Source: Tubulanus polymorphus (lineage: Eukaryota > Animalia > Nemertea). Taken from it: a stretch of DNA of 64,000 bases. Every line of letters begins with the position of its first letter. Position 1 is the first letter of the stretch. Made by a program: the position numbers and the translations under genes. The stretch covers positions 8,618,001 through 8,682,000 of the forward strand of contig NC_134028.1 of NCBI RefSeq assembly GCF_964204645.1. Reading direction: 5' to 3'. Below the pieces are notes generated by a model. It saw nothing but the letters and a program-made list of their open reading frames with translations, was not told the origin of the DNA and did not search any database. Positions 36,763 through 50,733 of the stretch are shown here, in pieces.

Positions 36763-39700
36763 CTGAAATGTGAGAAATCAAAGCTCTCAGAGGATACGAT
36801 CATCAATATTGTCGGGTGATGAGTTTGGTAAATCTTGATACTATATCAGTAGTCGAAACCTTTTTCTTAGGTGGGCGAAGAAGATACGAAATCCGTGGGA
36901 AATTTTTCAATTTCAGATTTTTTTTAAAATTCATATATGCCCATTGAAATTGCATTCATTTCAAAACGAACAGTTTACATAATGGAAATACTGAAATGTT
37001 TTGAATATTGATAAAATCGATCGACGTATCAAAATTAACCGTTTTCATTGTTGATATCACGTATTTGAACTATAACAGCAGCGTTAACCTGGTTATCGAC
37101 CCATTGGTAAAATTTTAAATTAGCGACGAGGATGGCGCTACTTTGCTCATATAGTTCTGAAAATTTAATGCAATTTACGCGACTTAATTTCGTAGCGGAC
37201 GTATAAATATCCGGTAATTAGCGGTGGCGCGGTGACTACTTCCGGTCGTCTGCCGGTAATCGTCACGTGTGTGTTCGTATCGGTAACAAATCGAATCAAT
37301 TGTTCGTATCTATCGATGGGGTTTCGTAATAATAATGATAATTCATGACACCTGAAGCGCTTCGGCGGCCGTTTAATAAAACGCTCGTCATCGTATTATG
37401 AGGCCCCGCGATGCGATGGATGCGCATATTAGTCGCCACGATTTATTACAGTCACATTTGAAGCCGAATAACAATGCGCACTATACAATACGATGCATGA
37501 TTTAATAAACCTAATACTCATAACATTATCCTCTGTTAATTACATTTGAACGTTTACTTTCACGCCGACACGTTTTGTGCGAGTGACTTATTGGACGGGT
37601 TCCCCGCGAGCTATTTAGCCGCCTAAATAATTAATACGGTTACCAGTCTAAACGTGATGTTTATTGAAATGAACAGCGTGGAACTTCATAATGTATAATC
37701 TAAAAACCGGACTAAACAATTTCAATCGAAACGAAACGACTTTGAAACGGTTGTAATTAAACGGGTAAATTAGTAATATTGACGCGCTGAAATGTTGATC
37801 GACGGCTGGCGAGTTTGTTTTGGGGGGTTTAATTATTACATAGGTGCGACATGAACTCGATTTAAACGCAATTCACTATTTAGTTTTAAATGGCTAATGT
37901 TGACTCAGTCACGGAGACTGTTTGATTATTTGTTAAACAGTAATTGATAATAGACGCTGTATATTAAAGAGTTGTGTCATTCAAATGTATAAACAGATTG
38001 CAAATGACTTTGACATTTCAAAATTTTCACACCAAAAGTTGAAAAGAATCATCATTTTCTTATCATCTGCCCTGCCCTGTAACTGTCCAAGGTTCTTTTT
38101 TTATTCCTCTGCTCCATTTGAATCACACCAAACAACTTTAGGAAAATTGTATAAAGCCCTATATTGAATGCGATGGGAGCAAACCCTACCCCCTCACTTA
38201 GAATACACTATAAAGCGGTTTCTTTAACCTTCATAATGATTCCGTTAACAGCGCAGACTTCCACTAAAAACATAAGCACAATTATTCTCAATAAAAATAT
38301 TCACGCCACTGAAAGATTTCCAGAATGACACGTACTGATGATTTGCGGTTATTCAAATTAAAAACCGTTAAGAAGATATCGGTTATCAAACCTCTGCAAG
38401 GGGGTGTACGAATAAGGAAATCAAAATATGGGCGCCAGGGCCATGTTTTATGGATATAAGTTTGTAACTTCTCCTGGTGTCCATCGACTTGAATTACATT
38501 ATTTTATTATATTATCTTGTTGTAATTTTCTAGTGTAATTTAATTCGTGAATAAAGAAAGAAAGAAAAACCATATATCTGCGATGATGGATTCGACATAG
38601 CGAAATAGTGGATGAGAGAACTAAATTAAGACCTATATTTTTTTAAAGAATTTTTGTCGCTCTGCCATTTGAGTGTGTGAACGCGTGAATGGTTGAGTGT
38701 ATTAATCCGATAGTATTTGAATGGAACCACGCACTGATAGGGCACCGAGTCCGCACGGCATTCTTCTTAAAGCGGCGTGATACGTGAGCGAACAATTCGG
38801 CAGTTCGGATCTTTACCCGTCATACGATACGTGAAATCAGTCAACATAATAATTTCAATAATACAATACAAACAATCGAAAGAAAGTGTGAAGGTAAATA
38901 TACCTCTTCTATTCACGCTGAATACAAACAACTTTGAAATACTTGAACAATCATGTCTGTAGAATGTCCAATGATCTAAAACGTGCTGAAGACTCGATTC
39001 GATTCTTTTAAGTGAATATTAGTTTTTTCTTCAATGTGAAACGATGGAATTCCATTAGTATGTTTGTTTATCGGTTGTATAGGTTTATAATTATATATAT
39101 ACTCGTCAATTTAAGCCCCGAATTTCTCGTATTGAAACGCCGTATAGCACAACGAGGGTCATTGCGTTCGAATGAAAATATATACGCGCCACCGTTTTCA
39201 ACGATCAGATCTATAACGGAAATAAACCAGCGATTTGAAAACGATTATAGAATGAATTCGAAAAAAATATCGAGGCTTCTTTTCAGGGTCGCTTTCGCGA
39301 GTTATGACTTAATACAATCGAGTCGACCCGTAGGCCAATAGAGTAGAAATTAGATCTTGTTTTTAACTCTATAGAGTCATATTTTTGACCACCAACTTAG
39401 AAACCGGGGCCAGGGAATTGTAAAATATGTGAAGATTTGACTTTTGACTTATTCAGTAAACTGTATACGTCATGACGTACAGTTTTTCCCAACTACAAAA
39501 TAAGTTCATATATAATTTGACGATATAATCTATTTGCATTATCGGCATATCCACTGTGTAAAGATTTACTACCATAACGAGTGATTAATTTGTTAATCGC
39601 CTTTTTGTATCTCTCTCTCTCTTTTGTATACAAAGGTATGTTAGAGCATTTTGTTTTTGTGATTTGTTTCTGCCTAAATTACCATCGTGACTATCTGTAC

Positions 39701-40014
39701 TTTGTTTTTTTAGGAGGCGATGTATTAGCGGTGTATTGATTATCAATTTCCCAGATTTTGAACCGTCGCTCCATATACGATTAGTTCATTATCAAATTAT
39801 CAACAACATTTCACAAATAAGCCTAATTATCAGATTGAATTGCGCACATTATCAAATGAAAATAACCGATCAAACCTCTACGAAAGAAGATCAATTTGCT
39901 TTTAGTGACCTCTTAATCAAGTATCAAAATAACACAAATTGCCAATTTAATTGAATAATCAGATTCTCGTAAACAAATTGATTTACTTATTTCTTTTTTT
40001 TTCGTGGTACCTAC

Positions 40015-40270
40015 CGGACTGTTTGCACTGTGGAGAACCAGCAGACGTCACCGATGAATTAGGAGTACTACCAGGTGTCGAAGCCAGTATTCCATTTACA
40101 GAATAATTCAAATGTCTTACAGCCGATAAGGTAGCGTTCGTAAAATCAAAACCGTAAGGAGCGGCGGCGGCATAGTTAAACGTAAACGGATGTCCGTAAG
40201 GTTGAAACCCGTGAATAGCAGCTGGTCCTGGACCGTAAGAGTGAGAAAACTGTCGTTCCATGCTGTCCAT
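40015..40270 (-). CDS. unc-4: Unc-4/Uncx homeobox protein, exon 1
   Basis: MDSMERQFSHSYGPG...LNYSVNGILAS...SPQCKQS with an eh1/octapeptide-like motif; gtaggt donor in phase 1 joins exon 2 in frame. Confidence 0.82.
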
Positions 40271-42278
40271 GGTCCTCTAGAAGAAACTGGCGATGTTCAG
40301 CGGTGAGCTGGTAGATTTGTCACAGTGGGCGGAGTTTATTCAGTCCTACCAGACGACAGTATCGACCAATCAGCCGTCGACATTGAGATAACTATCTTCC
40401 CTTGGGTTGAGCACGATCGTATCTTTTCTATTACGCGAATTTTACCATCTTTATTTTGTGTTATTGATTTCGGAAACTTTTTCCTTTCTCCGCGTCTCTC
40501 TTGAGTTCTCTCCGTAAAGATCTTTTCAAAACGGATCTTGTAAAATATTTACAATGAATTTGTAGATTATGCCGGTTTTCATAACAGATGCACGGACGCC
40601 ATCGGCTATTTAGATTTACCAACGTGATAAGACCATTTCTTCAACTTCGGACTTGTGTCTCCAGTTGAACTAACGCCTCTAGGGGATTAAGACTGACTTT
40701 TTAACGTTCAAAATTACGCTCGAAGGAAAATAAGAAAGTGCCGATATTATGGATATTATGTATGATTTCAGAGAATTAATGTCTTGTCGTTGAATAGGTA
40801 ATTATAACCAATTGAAATAAGTCCCGAGGAGGGATGCTAAAATAGTTTACAAGATGGAGGCACCCCATCATGGAATTCAATTGACTCGACAAAACATGGA
40901 CATTCGAGTGTGGGAAAGCGATAAGTAATCCAAATTTCTATATCATGTTTCTTTATCATGGAAAAGAAACATCTAATATACATGCACATGTCACTTTTCA
41001 CAAAAAGAAATAACTTAACAAGTCGACTTATGAAACTGAGCCTTATTTCATAGTTTTAAGTTTAATTTGATTATTGATTGTAGTTGAACAGCCATTTCAA
41101 TCACTTCATCCTAAATGAAATCTTAATCATCACTGATGTTGACTAATGTAGACACGTTATTATATAAACACTATCCAGGATAAAGAGAAACAATCATTTC
41201 AGAAAATTTGCGCTCAGAAAATAAACTCTGAATAATCATAAGAATATATTTACAAAAGAGTTCATATGTATTTTCTTTTTTTCTAATGAAAAAGAAAATC
41301 AATATCATTTATTTCAACGGAAGGATCGAATATCTTAGCACACTGTCTACGAACTGGGGAAAAAGACCAATCGCGATGAGACAACTATCTGTATAGTTAC
41401 GAAGAAGTAAATTAGTAAACTTAAGGCCGCGGAGGATATCTCTGTTAGGATGAGTTGGGTATACGGTTGCAGTAATCAGTAATAATGTGTCGACGTGTTT
41501 ATGAAATTAGAGTTTGACAAGTTATCAGGGATATGGGTGACGTTACCCCTGGGAGATATTGGTGTACTAATCATATTCACGGTTTGATAGTTCAACTTGT
41601 CAAAAATCTATAATGATAGTGACGGGAGCGAAAAGAAGAGAGGTTGATTAACGCGATTGGTTTACATTGACCACTTCTGTTGGGGCGATCAGTACATAAA
41701 TTAACGAGGTAATTTTAGTCGCACGATTCTGGTTATTATGGCTCGGTTCTATGCAATTCATTCTATTATTATTCATTGAATAGGATACGCTAATATTCGA
41801 TCAGTTGTCGTCGTCGTCGCTATGAACGCACGGATCGGCAGGAAACCGATGCGCAGTCAGTCTTCAGAATCTTACAAGATTTCATCGATGACCACGCTGA
41901 AATACGTGAGCAATCCACAGTAGCATTTTCGGTACTTTCTTATTCGGCACCTCCGGATCTACGTATACAGTTCCATTGTTCTTAATCAATTGAAATTCTG
42001 TTCTTGAGTTTTTTACTTAACATGTGAATGAATGTCATTCACAAACAGTGTACTTGTTTATACTAAGAACAAGTTTTGAATTTTGAATCTGAATTTGTGA
42101 AAATGAGTACAACTCAACCATTCATATGTCTGTATGCAGCTTGATCTGACTGGTAAAGATTGGCTTAAATCTCATTAAGATTGGTGGTTTTAATCTGTTT
42201 GATTTGTTGACCAAAATAAGCTAGACTTTCGTCCCTTGTGAAAAGAGCCATTTTACGATCAGAATATGCATGCATACG

Positions 42279-42540
42279 AAAACATATTACGGTACTTTCT
42301 TAAAATCAATATGCTGTCCATGATTATCAGAATTAATAATAAATCTAAAAGATCTCAATTTAGTGAAAATAAGACTTTATCACTTATCCATGTGGAAAGA
42401 ACCTTTGGCGTTAAGAGTATGCATTCAAAACATATTACGGTACTTTCTTAAATCAATAGGTAAAGCTGTCCTTCATGAACGGAATGAAAAAAAACATATC
42501 TAAAAAGATCTCAATTTAGTGAAAAAAACTTTTCGTTTAC
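42279..42540. repeat. Diverged tandem duplication (about 148-bp period)
   Basis: aaaacatattacggtactttctta(a)aatcaat...tctaaaagatctcaatttagtgaaaa occurs twice. Confidence 0.75.
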
Positions 42541-45500
42541 TTCCAATCTCTTGTTCTATGGTTCTATCTATCGGTGAGCCCCACGAGACGACAGCTGGAA
42601 TTTAAACCTGATTTTTCACCCGTTTCAAATGAAGTCATTACAGACTTCAATTCAGGCGGGAATAAAATCCTCGATAGATTTTCTGTTTGAGCTGTCCGCG
42701 CTTTGCCGGCAGTCGACGCGACGCTTATTGGTGGATTCACTTTGAATCTGGTTACAGTAACAATCACATTACAACGCAAATCCTAGTTAAATGTCGTTCG
42801 TTCGGCAGTTGACATTGCGAACCATTTTGCGCAATAATCCTCTAAGAGCCATTGTATTCACATTACACGACGATTCGCACCCGGCGTCAAACACCCGGTA
42901 ATCGCGAACACTAATTACCGAAATTAGCCGTTGGAAATCGAATCCTGGTTGGATAAAAGACAATTATCGTTCGCTAGCTATGATGGCTGGATTCAATCAT
43001 TTCTGCCGGCGACGCTCGACACAAAATTCGATTGTTGGCAACAATTTACGAGCGTTGATCAATCAACACGGGATTACCGGTGTTTTAAATAATCATATTT
43101 CAAGTGACATTATTGATGGATGATAAATGAGTTGACATCCGAGGAATCAAACGATTTACGTTTTTCCGACGGTAGTGGCGCCATGGTTTCGATCGCCTGT
43201 TCAGACTGCCGACTGCCGAGGACAAATTTTCCGAAACCATTTTTATTTGAATTCCAACAGTGATTATATTTTTTCTGGTGTGAGAAACCGGGTTATTTTT
43301 CGGTTGTCGTCGTGTGAAATTAAAGTACACAAACTAAAATGGTCTCAACTACTTTTTAGTTCCGAATCAACAATTTATGATTAAAGTATCCACGCTTATT
43401 TTTGAATCATACACCGAAGCCATTTTATCAACATTTAAGGGTAAACAAAGTTGATACCAATTATTGTTTCTCCGTCTACTGAGCTGAAAGGTGATCCGAC
43501 CGGCCACATATCAACCCTGTACATAAGGTTTTTACACAATATTACATAACAAGGACCATTTTTTAGCCTTACAGACAATTTCATTCTTCCATTCGTATTC
43601 ATTTCAATTGGTTATCTTCGATCGACCTACACTTGTAACTCCGTCTTTATATCTGGGCCCGGTTTTATATACTTCCATGGTATTAACTTTAACCCGGGGG
43701 CTAACTCAATTCATTTTCAGTCGAGTTAACCCCCGGGTTAAAGATAATACCAGTCTAAATACGATGTATACGTAGATTTTCTTCCATTTCCAACATATAT
43801 ATCGGGCGCCCAAGACCAATGACTTAGCAGTTAATACTGACTTTTTGCTTCACCTTCAATTCAGAATTCAATTTATTTAATAAGAAAACGTGGTATGAAA
43901 ATAATTTACAAATCAAACGAAAAACAAAGCAATCGTATAGAATAGGATTGAGAAGGCTTCCTATAGCAAGAACCCATGCGTAAAAAAGAGCAAAACAAGA
44001 GAAGAGTAAAAAGACAACGAATAAGAAGAGGGAGATTGATAACTACGTATAGTACGTATGATTAATGAACAAGTGTAAATTACAATTCCCAATCTGCGAT
44101 AACCCTAACTGTAACGGTAAGAAACAGTTAGGGTTATCGCAGCTGGCGGTGACAATGTTTTAGTAACCTACTTGCTTGCGACAGCCGATATAACTATAAT
44201 GACGTCACGCGAATACTCACGTGATACATATATAGGTTACGTGACGTCACGGTGTGTCATATTGGCGTCGTATTACCAGTCAAGCGGAAGCAGCTAACTG
44301 AAGTAAAAAGTCGCAATATGACGGTTTGACCATTCGAGTAAAATGATTATTTGACGGACAATATGGCGCATGCGAGCCAGATACGTGTGACATCCGTGCA
44401 TGAACTCCATACATGCACCACGACGGTACATCTCACCTTCTGTGCGATCAGTTCCACCATGGACTCTAAAATTCGTCCTAGATTCCATGGTTCCACTGAC
44501 AGGGTCAGGCCCCATCGCCATATTACGTCCCCCCGGTCTTTTCATACCTCCCCGTTTACCTTTGGGAAGGTCACCGCCATCACCTACATGGGGGGTATTT
44601 GATGCTGATCTGATTTGTAACCGATGCTCAGTAATGAGTGGTTAATTAACCACTGATGGAATCAGGGAATCTCGTGTCTGTAGCTAAAATATTCAGATGA
44701 AGTCCTTTTAATTAGCCTCTTGCAAGATTAAATCTGAAGCCGGATTCTATTACCCAGTCGCACAGAACTACCGGTAATTGTGTTTCCTTCAATGAGCACT
44801 GGCGAACAAACAGTAATTAGTCAAATGAGGCTACTGCGGCAACTTAAAGTAGACGTTATGGGACGCCTTCTGTGTATTAATTACAGCCTACGGAACGCCG
44901 TCTGCACATTTAAACTTGAATCGTACGTTTTTTGGATTTCAATTGTTGAATTTACTTTTGAGTTTAAGAAAGCGTAGACAAAGTAATCTAATATATGCTA
45001 AATGCTAAATATATATTCTATGAATCGATCCCATGATCCCACGATACCTTGCAGTTGCCCTTTTTGCAAATAATATTCTTCTATTCTGCACTTTTTGGGT
45101 TTCTCTATCCCCTCCCAAATTCCAAATGCTAGGTACCGGGCCCTGGATCATTTTCCATAACCTTGCGTTTCTATTTGTTTCTAATCTATTTGAACGCTTT
45201 TATAAATCGATATTTCTTTTCGAATAGAATGACTAATATGTGTTGTAAGTAATAAATCTCAAGATCATCGTTCTGATGTTTTGTTTATTTCGCATGATTG
45301 CTTTTTAGCGCAAGAATCATTTGGTCATCTGATAAAGTCGCTCATTACCGAAATCGTCTCAATTTTTGGGTTTCAGTTTGTATTTTATATTCACCAATAG
45401 TGTAAGTCGCCATTTGGATAAGTCGTCAACGATCGGCCCAAAGACGGTTGAATGACTTTGAGTCTATCTGCATTTTATCGTGACGGCGGTCTTATCAAAC

Positions 45501-46190
45501 GATCCAAATTTCAACAACTCAGTAGCTTAAAAAAAATCAGCACTGGTATAATCCCCACGAAGACCACGAACAGATCGAGTTTCTCCGGTAAATCGTTCGG
45601 CAATGCTCGGTAAATACCGTCACTTCCGGTACGCCAGGAAAATTAATATCAGAAAGGAAAAACATTAATTTGCGGTAAAATGTAAATATTTGCTAACGAT
45701 CATTAGTGGCACACGCGATATCGCAGACAAAGCTGGAACAATATTCTATAACCATACCGACGTTAAAGGACCAGCGATCGGTTTCATGGTGACTCCTAGA
45801 ATCTTATAATTGAAAATGCCTTTTAGTCTATATATGCATACACTATACATGTATATCCTCGCTACATTAAGTTATGATCTACCTGATAAAGAAATATACA
45901 GAAAGGCGAAGGAAGGTGGTACGGTACCTTCATTTCCCAGGCCGATAACGTGATTTCATCCCCTTAAATTCATCTTGTGACCTATCGGCTTTGATAACGG
46001 TTTTTGTTGAAGGGGGAAACATACCAAATAGATAATGAAATCGGCAGCAGTTAAACTATGAAATTAACACTACTAGCAGGAAATAACCAATAACCACGTA
46101 ATACTCAATCAAACTTGACAACGGGAAATGAGAGACTGGTTGCCGCTGTGTTTAGACAACCGAAGACATGTTTCACTGACAAACTTTGTA

Positions 46191-46974
46191 AGGCTGGCTT
46201 ATGTCGACAAGCAACGCGACGCCTACCGACGCAACTGGGTTTATCGCCGATTAGCGGCAACTAGCGGCCTACGAGAGGCCGCCAGTTGCTCCTCAATCGG
46301 TTCGACATAAGCCGGCTTGCGACGGCAACGCGACACCTACCGACGCCTACCGACTCGTCGCAAGCCGTATCCGGCTAGTTGCCAATGTTCTACTCCGGCC
46401 TACGGTAGGCGGGCAGTTGCCTTCGATCGCAGCCGACATAAGCTCATCTGCGACGCGACGGAACTGAGCGCAGGGGTTCCTGCCAATGAGAGACCGCATG
46501 TACATAGCACAAATTATCACCACTAGTTAGCGTAATTCGTAATTAGTCATAAAATTTTCAAATTCAAGTAGTTCAAAACGTAAACCAAACCTTCAGCACG
46601 GCAGAGGACTGGACCGAAGATCTAGAAACGAAATTGGTAGAATTATGGTGTGAGCGGCCATCTTTATAGATGTCGCTAGCACGTTGTATTCTGAAAAATC
46701 AAAGTCTTAAAGAAATAGCTTTTCTAATAGAAATATATTTCCTAATAATTCAGATTTATTCTCAAAATGCTTATCACGTGACCATTTGAGCCGTTGCAGT
46801 TGCTAGTAATCGCAACCGACATAAGCAGGGAAGCAACTGGGAGGATCTCATATCCCGCTAGTCGGCCTCAGTTGCTGCGAATCGGAGCGCAGTCGACATA
46901 TAAGCTGGGCTGCGATCGCGGTTGCTATCAGTTGCGTCGGTAGGAGTCTGTTGCTTGTCAACATAAGCCAGCCT
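46191..46974 (+). mobile_element. Non-autonomous Harbinger-like transposon with MADF/Myb-domain remnant
   Basis: Long TIR aggctggcttatgtcgacaagcaac ... gttgcttgtcaacataagccagcct with TA flanks; internal frameshifted WTEDLETKLVELWCERPSL.DVASTLYSEK at about 46610-46700. Confidence 0.72.
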
Positions 46975-48084
46975 TAAGGATTACCGAAGAATGCTTTCGG
47001 TATTACTAAACCTTTAGTTCCCTAAACCTAAGACCTTATCAGGAAGTTCTTAGACACCAATATATAATATATGTGTCCTGATTTCAGTCACGTGACTCTA
47101 AGCCAAAAGCGCGGACGGTGATTCTTCCGGCCTTACCCTGATCATCCCTTCGTTAACCCCAAAACCGAAATGTTTCGATGTGGAGACCATATGATTATGA
47201 TTCACATCAGAGTTTTCAGGACATAGGTTGTTTTCAAAAGCTATGAAGTTTTTTCCAGCAGTGCTGAAATCAACTGTTGAAATCAACTTAAAACAGTTCT
47301 TTTTTTCTAATCAATTTGAAATTTGTGGCCTGGATCAGCCACTAACGATTGCTTCGACTTTATTCTTTATTTTGACCGATTTAAGAAATCGTATTCTTGT
47401 CTTCATTAGTCTGGCCCCCTCCCACATTCCAGGATGAGATGCTACCATTTGTTTATCGTTTTTTCAAGCGGTGTCAACATCAAGTGCCGTATGACGTAGG
47501 TCAGTCGCGCACTTTTATCGTGAACACCTGTGTCAAGCCGATAAAATCAATATGGTTCCATTAGAAACAAGCAACGCATATTGAATACACGTACAACAAT
47601 GATCGATAATGATTTATTTGTTATGTGCCGGTCGTTTTCTCTAATTAAAATAGCTGTGTCATAGCGTCATGACAACAAAGTCATTGTTGGTTACGGAACA
47701 GGCTGTAAGTGTTATATATGAGGATACATTGTAGTTCGTCATTGCAGAACTAGAGGGAGTTGCTACAGCTGGCCACCTTTCGAAGGTAGGCCATTTTTCA
47801 GAAAATATCATACGTACTTGATTCACACCTATATCCATTCGAATAACCTTTCTACGTATTGCCCATACTCATCATCTTTTTCTCGAGTCAAAAACGAGTC
47901 AAATGGTTATGCTTCACGAATGAGTACCAGAGAAATCCCACAATAATTCAGCCTAAAGATGTAAAGTTCTTGAATAGAAATGTACGTGACCGGTTTTTAT
48001 TCGAGCAACGCTTCGGCTAAGACTATCAGCCATCATCATTCGTACTAAATTGATTTGATTTTTCTTGTAATATTCATCTTGCAC

Positions 48085-48393
48085 CAGGGGTGTCCAGGCT
48101 GGGAGGAAGGGGACCTCGGGCATGACAAGGGCACTTTATTTCTCGTGCAGGGGTGTCACGGCGAGCGCAGGCGCGATGCCCTTGCTGGGTAGTCTTGGGG
48201 CCTCCCCCAGAAAATGTAGAAAATTTAGGTACATTTTTATGCACTTTTACTGCTTCCAGATTAAAGTACTATGGACTTTTGTCATAGATCAATGCCGTCG
48301 AGTTGAATTTTTTGCATGTGATTTTCAAAAGGGCACTTGGTCATAAAAGGGGTTTTGAACCCGAATCCCCCCCCCCCCCCGGAACCGCGCCTG
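48085..48393. mobile_element. CAGG...CCTG MITE (hAT-like)
   Basis: Termini caggggtgtccagg ... ccggaaccgcgcctg; near-perfect 6-bp flanks ttgcac/tagcac. Confidence 0.55.
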
Positions 48394-50313
48394 TAGCACG
48401 GATATTGTGTATCTTCTCGACCTAACACGGATGAGTGTTCTTAATAGGACACGTTCTACTCCAACCGTTTAGAGCATCTCACAATATGACCACATTCGAC
48501 GCAACATTTATATTTGTCAAAAATGAATTATACAGTTAATCGAACGCCAACCTATAAACTTATCGTAGGTTGCCTGAATAGGACTCATCAATTTGTTGGG
48601 ATGCTCAACGATACATTGGGAAAAATCTTGAAATGACAAATGAAATAGAAACCACAAAATGTCCAAATCTGGACCAGTTGACGCTAAGGCTCCATCGCAG
48701 TGCATTATAAATTCTATTATTGTGTAAGGTTCTATATATTCTGGTTGGTCGAGATAATCAGCAAGGCTTTTCAATCAATACCCCTGCTGTTTCCAATCGT
48801 TAAGGAGATAATAATCTTTAAACAATGATGAATATTGGATAGAATAACAACAACTCGCCCGGTGTTGAAACATACAAAACAATATAAATCTATTCAAAAA
48901 GTAAGTAACAAACGTATAGGCCTACTTGGAAAAATAGTGTCAGAGTTGAAGAAGTAGGCCTACCGGTCTATTGCAGAAGTTAGAGAAGAATATTGTGACG
49001 GTGTTTAGAAAAAACCGGCCATATTGGAAATCATTCGCTAAGTGTAGATTGGCCGGAATCTACAAAAGTACGTAGGTTGCGGATAAGTTCCTAGTGGTTT
49101 TTTAGACAAAAGAATGATAAATGAAATACAAACCCTGCGGAGTGTGCGTGAATGAACTTCTCTCGCTCTTTGGAAATCGAAGGGTTAATAAAACAACAGT
49201 ATATTATTCAGTATTTAATGACACCTGTGCTAATATATGTAGTTAGAGCAGTAATAGTCCTAACGCATCATTTACCCGTGAAATAGCTTGGAATTAAACG
49301 AGAGAGAATGGATTATTTCAATATTTGCTAAATATATACGGACCATCATGTGTAGGTATTTTATAATCAACGCTTCAACGCTTTGTAACGCTTCAACAGG
49401 GGAGCCACTATCAGTTTTTAAACTGCATGGGGTTAGAATTACGGTGATACAAGCGGAACCGCCACTTTGCACCGTATCCGCCGAAACGAGTATTTCTGTA
49501 TCCTTGATGTTGCCTTGAATGTTCTTAAAAATCCTAAATTTTGAAATTCGAAGCTGGATAGGGGATAGGGGATAGTGTCCTTGACCTTTTCAGGCAAAAT
49601 ATTTATGAAATTTCTGGAATGTGAAGAAAAAACTGAATTTGGAACTAAAAATGCGGAACTTGGATTTGAAAATCCAGATCGTCGGGTCGTCCGTACCCCT
49701 ATATACATCCCCGTCTGCTGATGTTCATTACAGCTATTTTACTAGAATATAGCTGTAATGATTGAAAGTTTGTTGGGGGTTTGAATTCAGACGATCTGCA
49801 AACAAATTTATGAAATCATCGCTTATAAAAGATACAGTGTATACCCGTGTCTCTCCGTCGGCAGTGATTCCCACAACTATTCGAGCACGGTTATGTGGAA
49901 AGGGATTCGAGAAAATCTGAAAAATGAGGAACTCAAACACTTCAATTCCCCATCACACTCACACACAATTTCACATGGAGTCATAATTTCTAGAATCAAA
50001 ACAAGTATACGTGTAAGCCTACTGCGTACCGGTATATACATAAATCGCCGTAAATTGAAATCCGACTTTTTGTATAGTTTAAATTCACAGTAAATTCCCA
50101 GGGTCTAATCCTATACGTATCCTATCGCGAATAACATCATTGTATGGATATCTATGTTTTCAACGTCCATTTTGTAACAAAATGTCAAGAAGACAGCTAA
50201 GTACAATTCATTGTAAGAAAATCATTACACGTAGCCTATCTGTTGAAGACGCTTAAGAGATGTAATCAACCTCATTAATCATCTCATAATTGATTCATAT
50301 ATTTTTTCAAAAG

Positions 50314-50684
50314 GTGACCGATGTCCTCCGATGCCACTATCTGAGATATTGCATGACGTACTGAAATGCGGAGAGTTTTGTTTACACCCTGGTCATCGAT
50401 GGCGTCACAGACGTCCGACCTTAGCTTTCATCAGGCAGAAGGAGATGGATTTCGAAATGATTCATCGCGCCATAGAAAAACAGTACAGGCAAATGAAAGT
50501 GATTAGAAACCTGCAGACGAGACGCTCTTTGACCGGTGTCACTGTCGGTACAAGTGACGAAGCGTATATCGGCGATCTGCACTATTTCTATCCACACAAA
50601 TACAACAAAAAGAACGAACGAATAGGTATGAAACTATTGGATAATGAGATAATACACGAAATGATGAAGTCATTCAACCGATAA
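50314..50684 (+). CDS. Possible terminal coding exon of an unidentified gene
   Basis: Stop-free frame of about 120 codons with protein-like composition, preceded by a T-rich aag acceptor at 50313 and followed by AATAAA at 50721; no recognisable family. Confidence 0.35.
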
Positions 50685-50733
50685 TGTTACACCCGATGTC
50701 ACTATATCGACGTAAGAAAAAATAAAATGCAAT

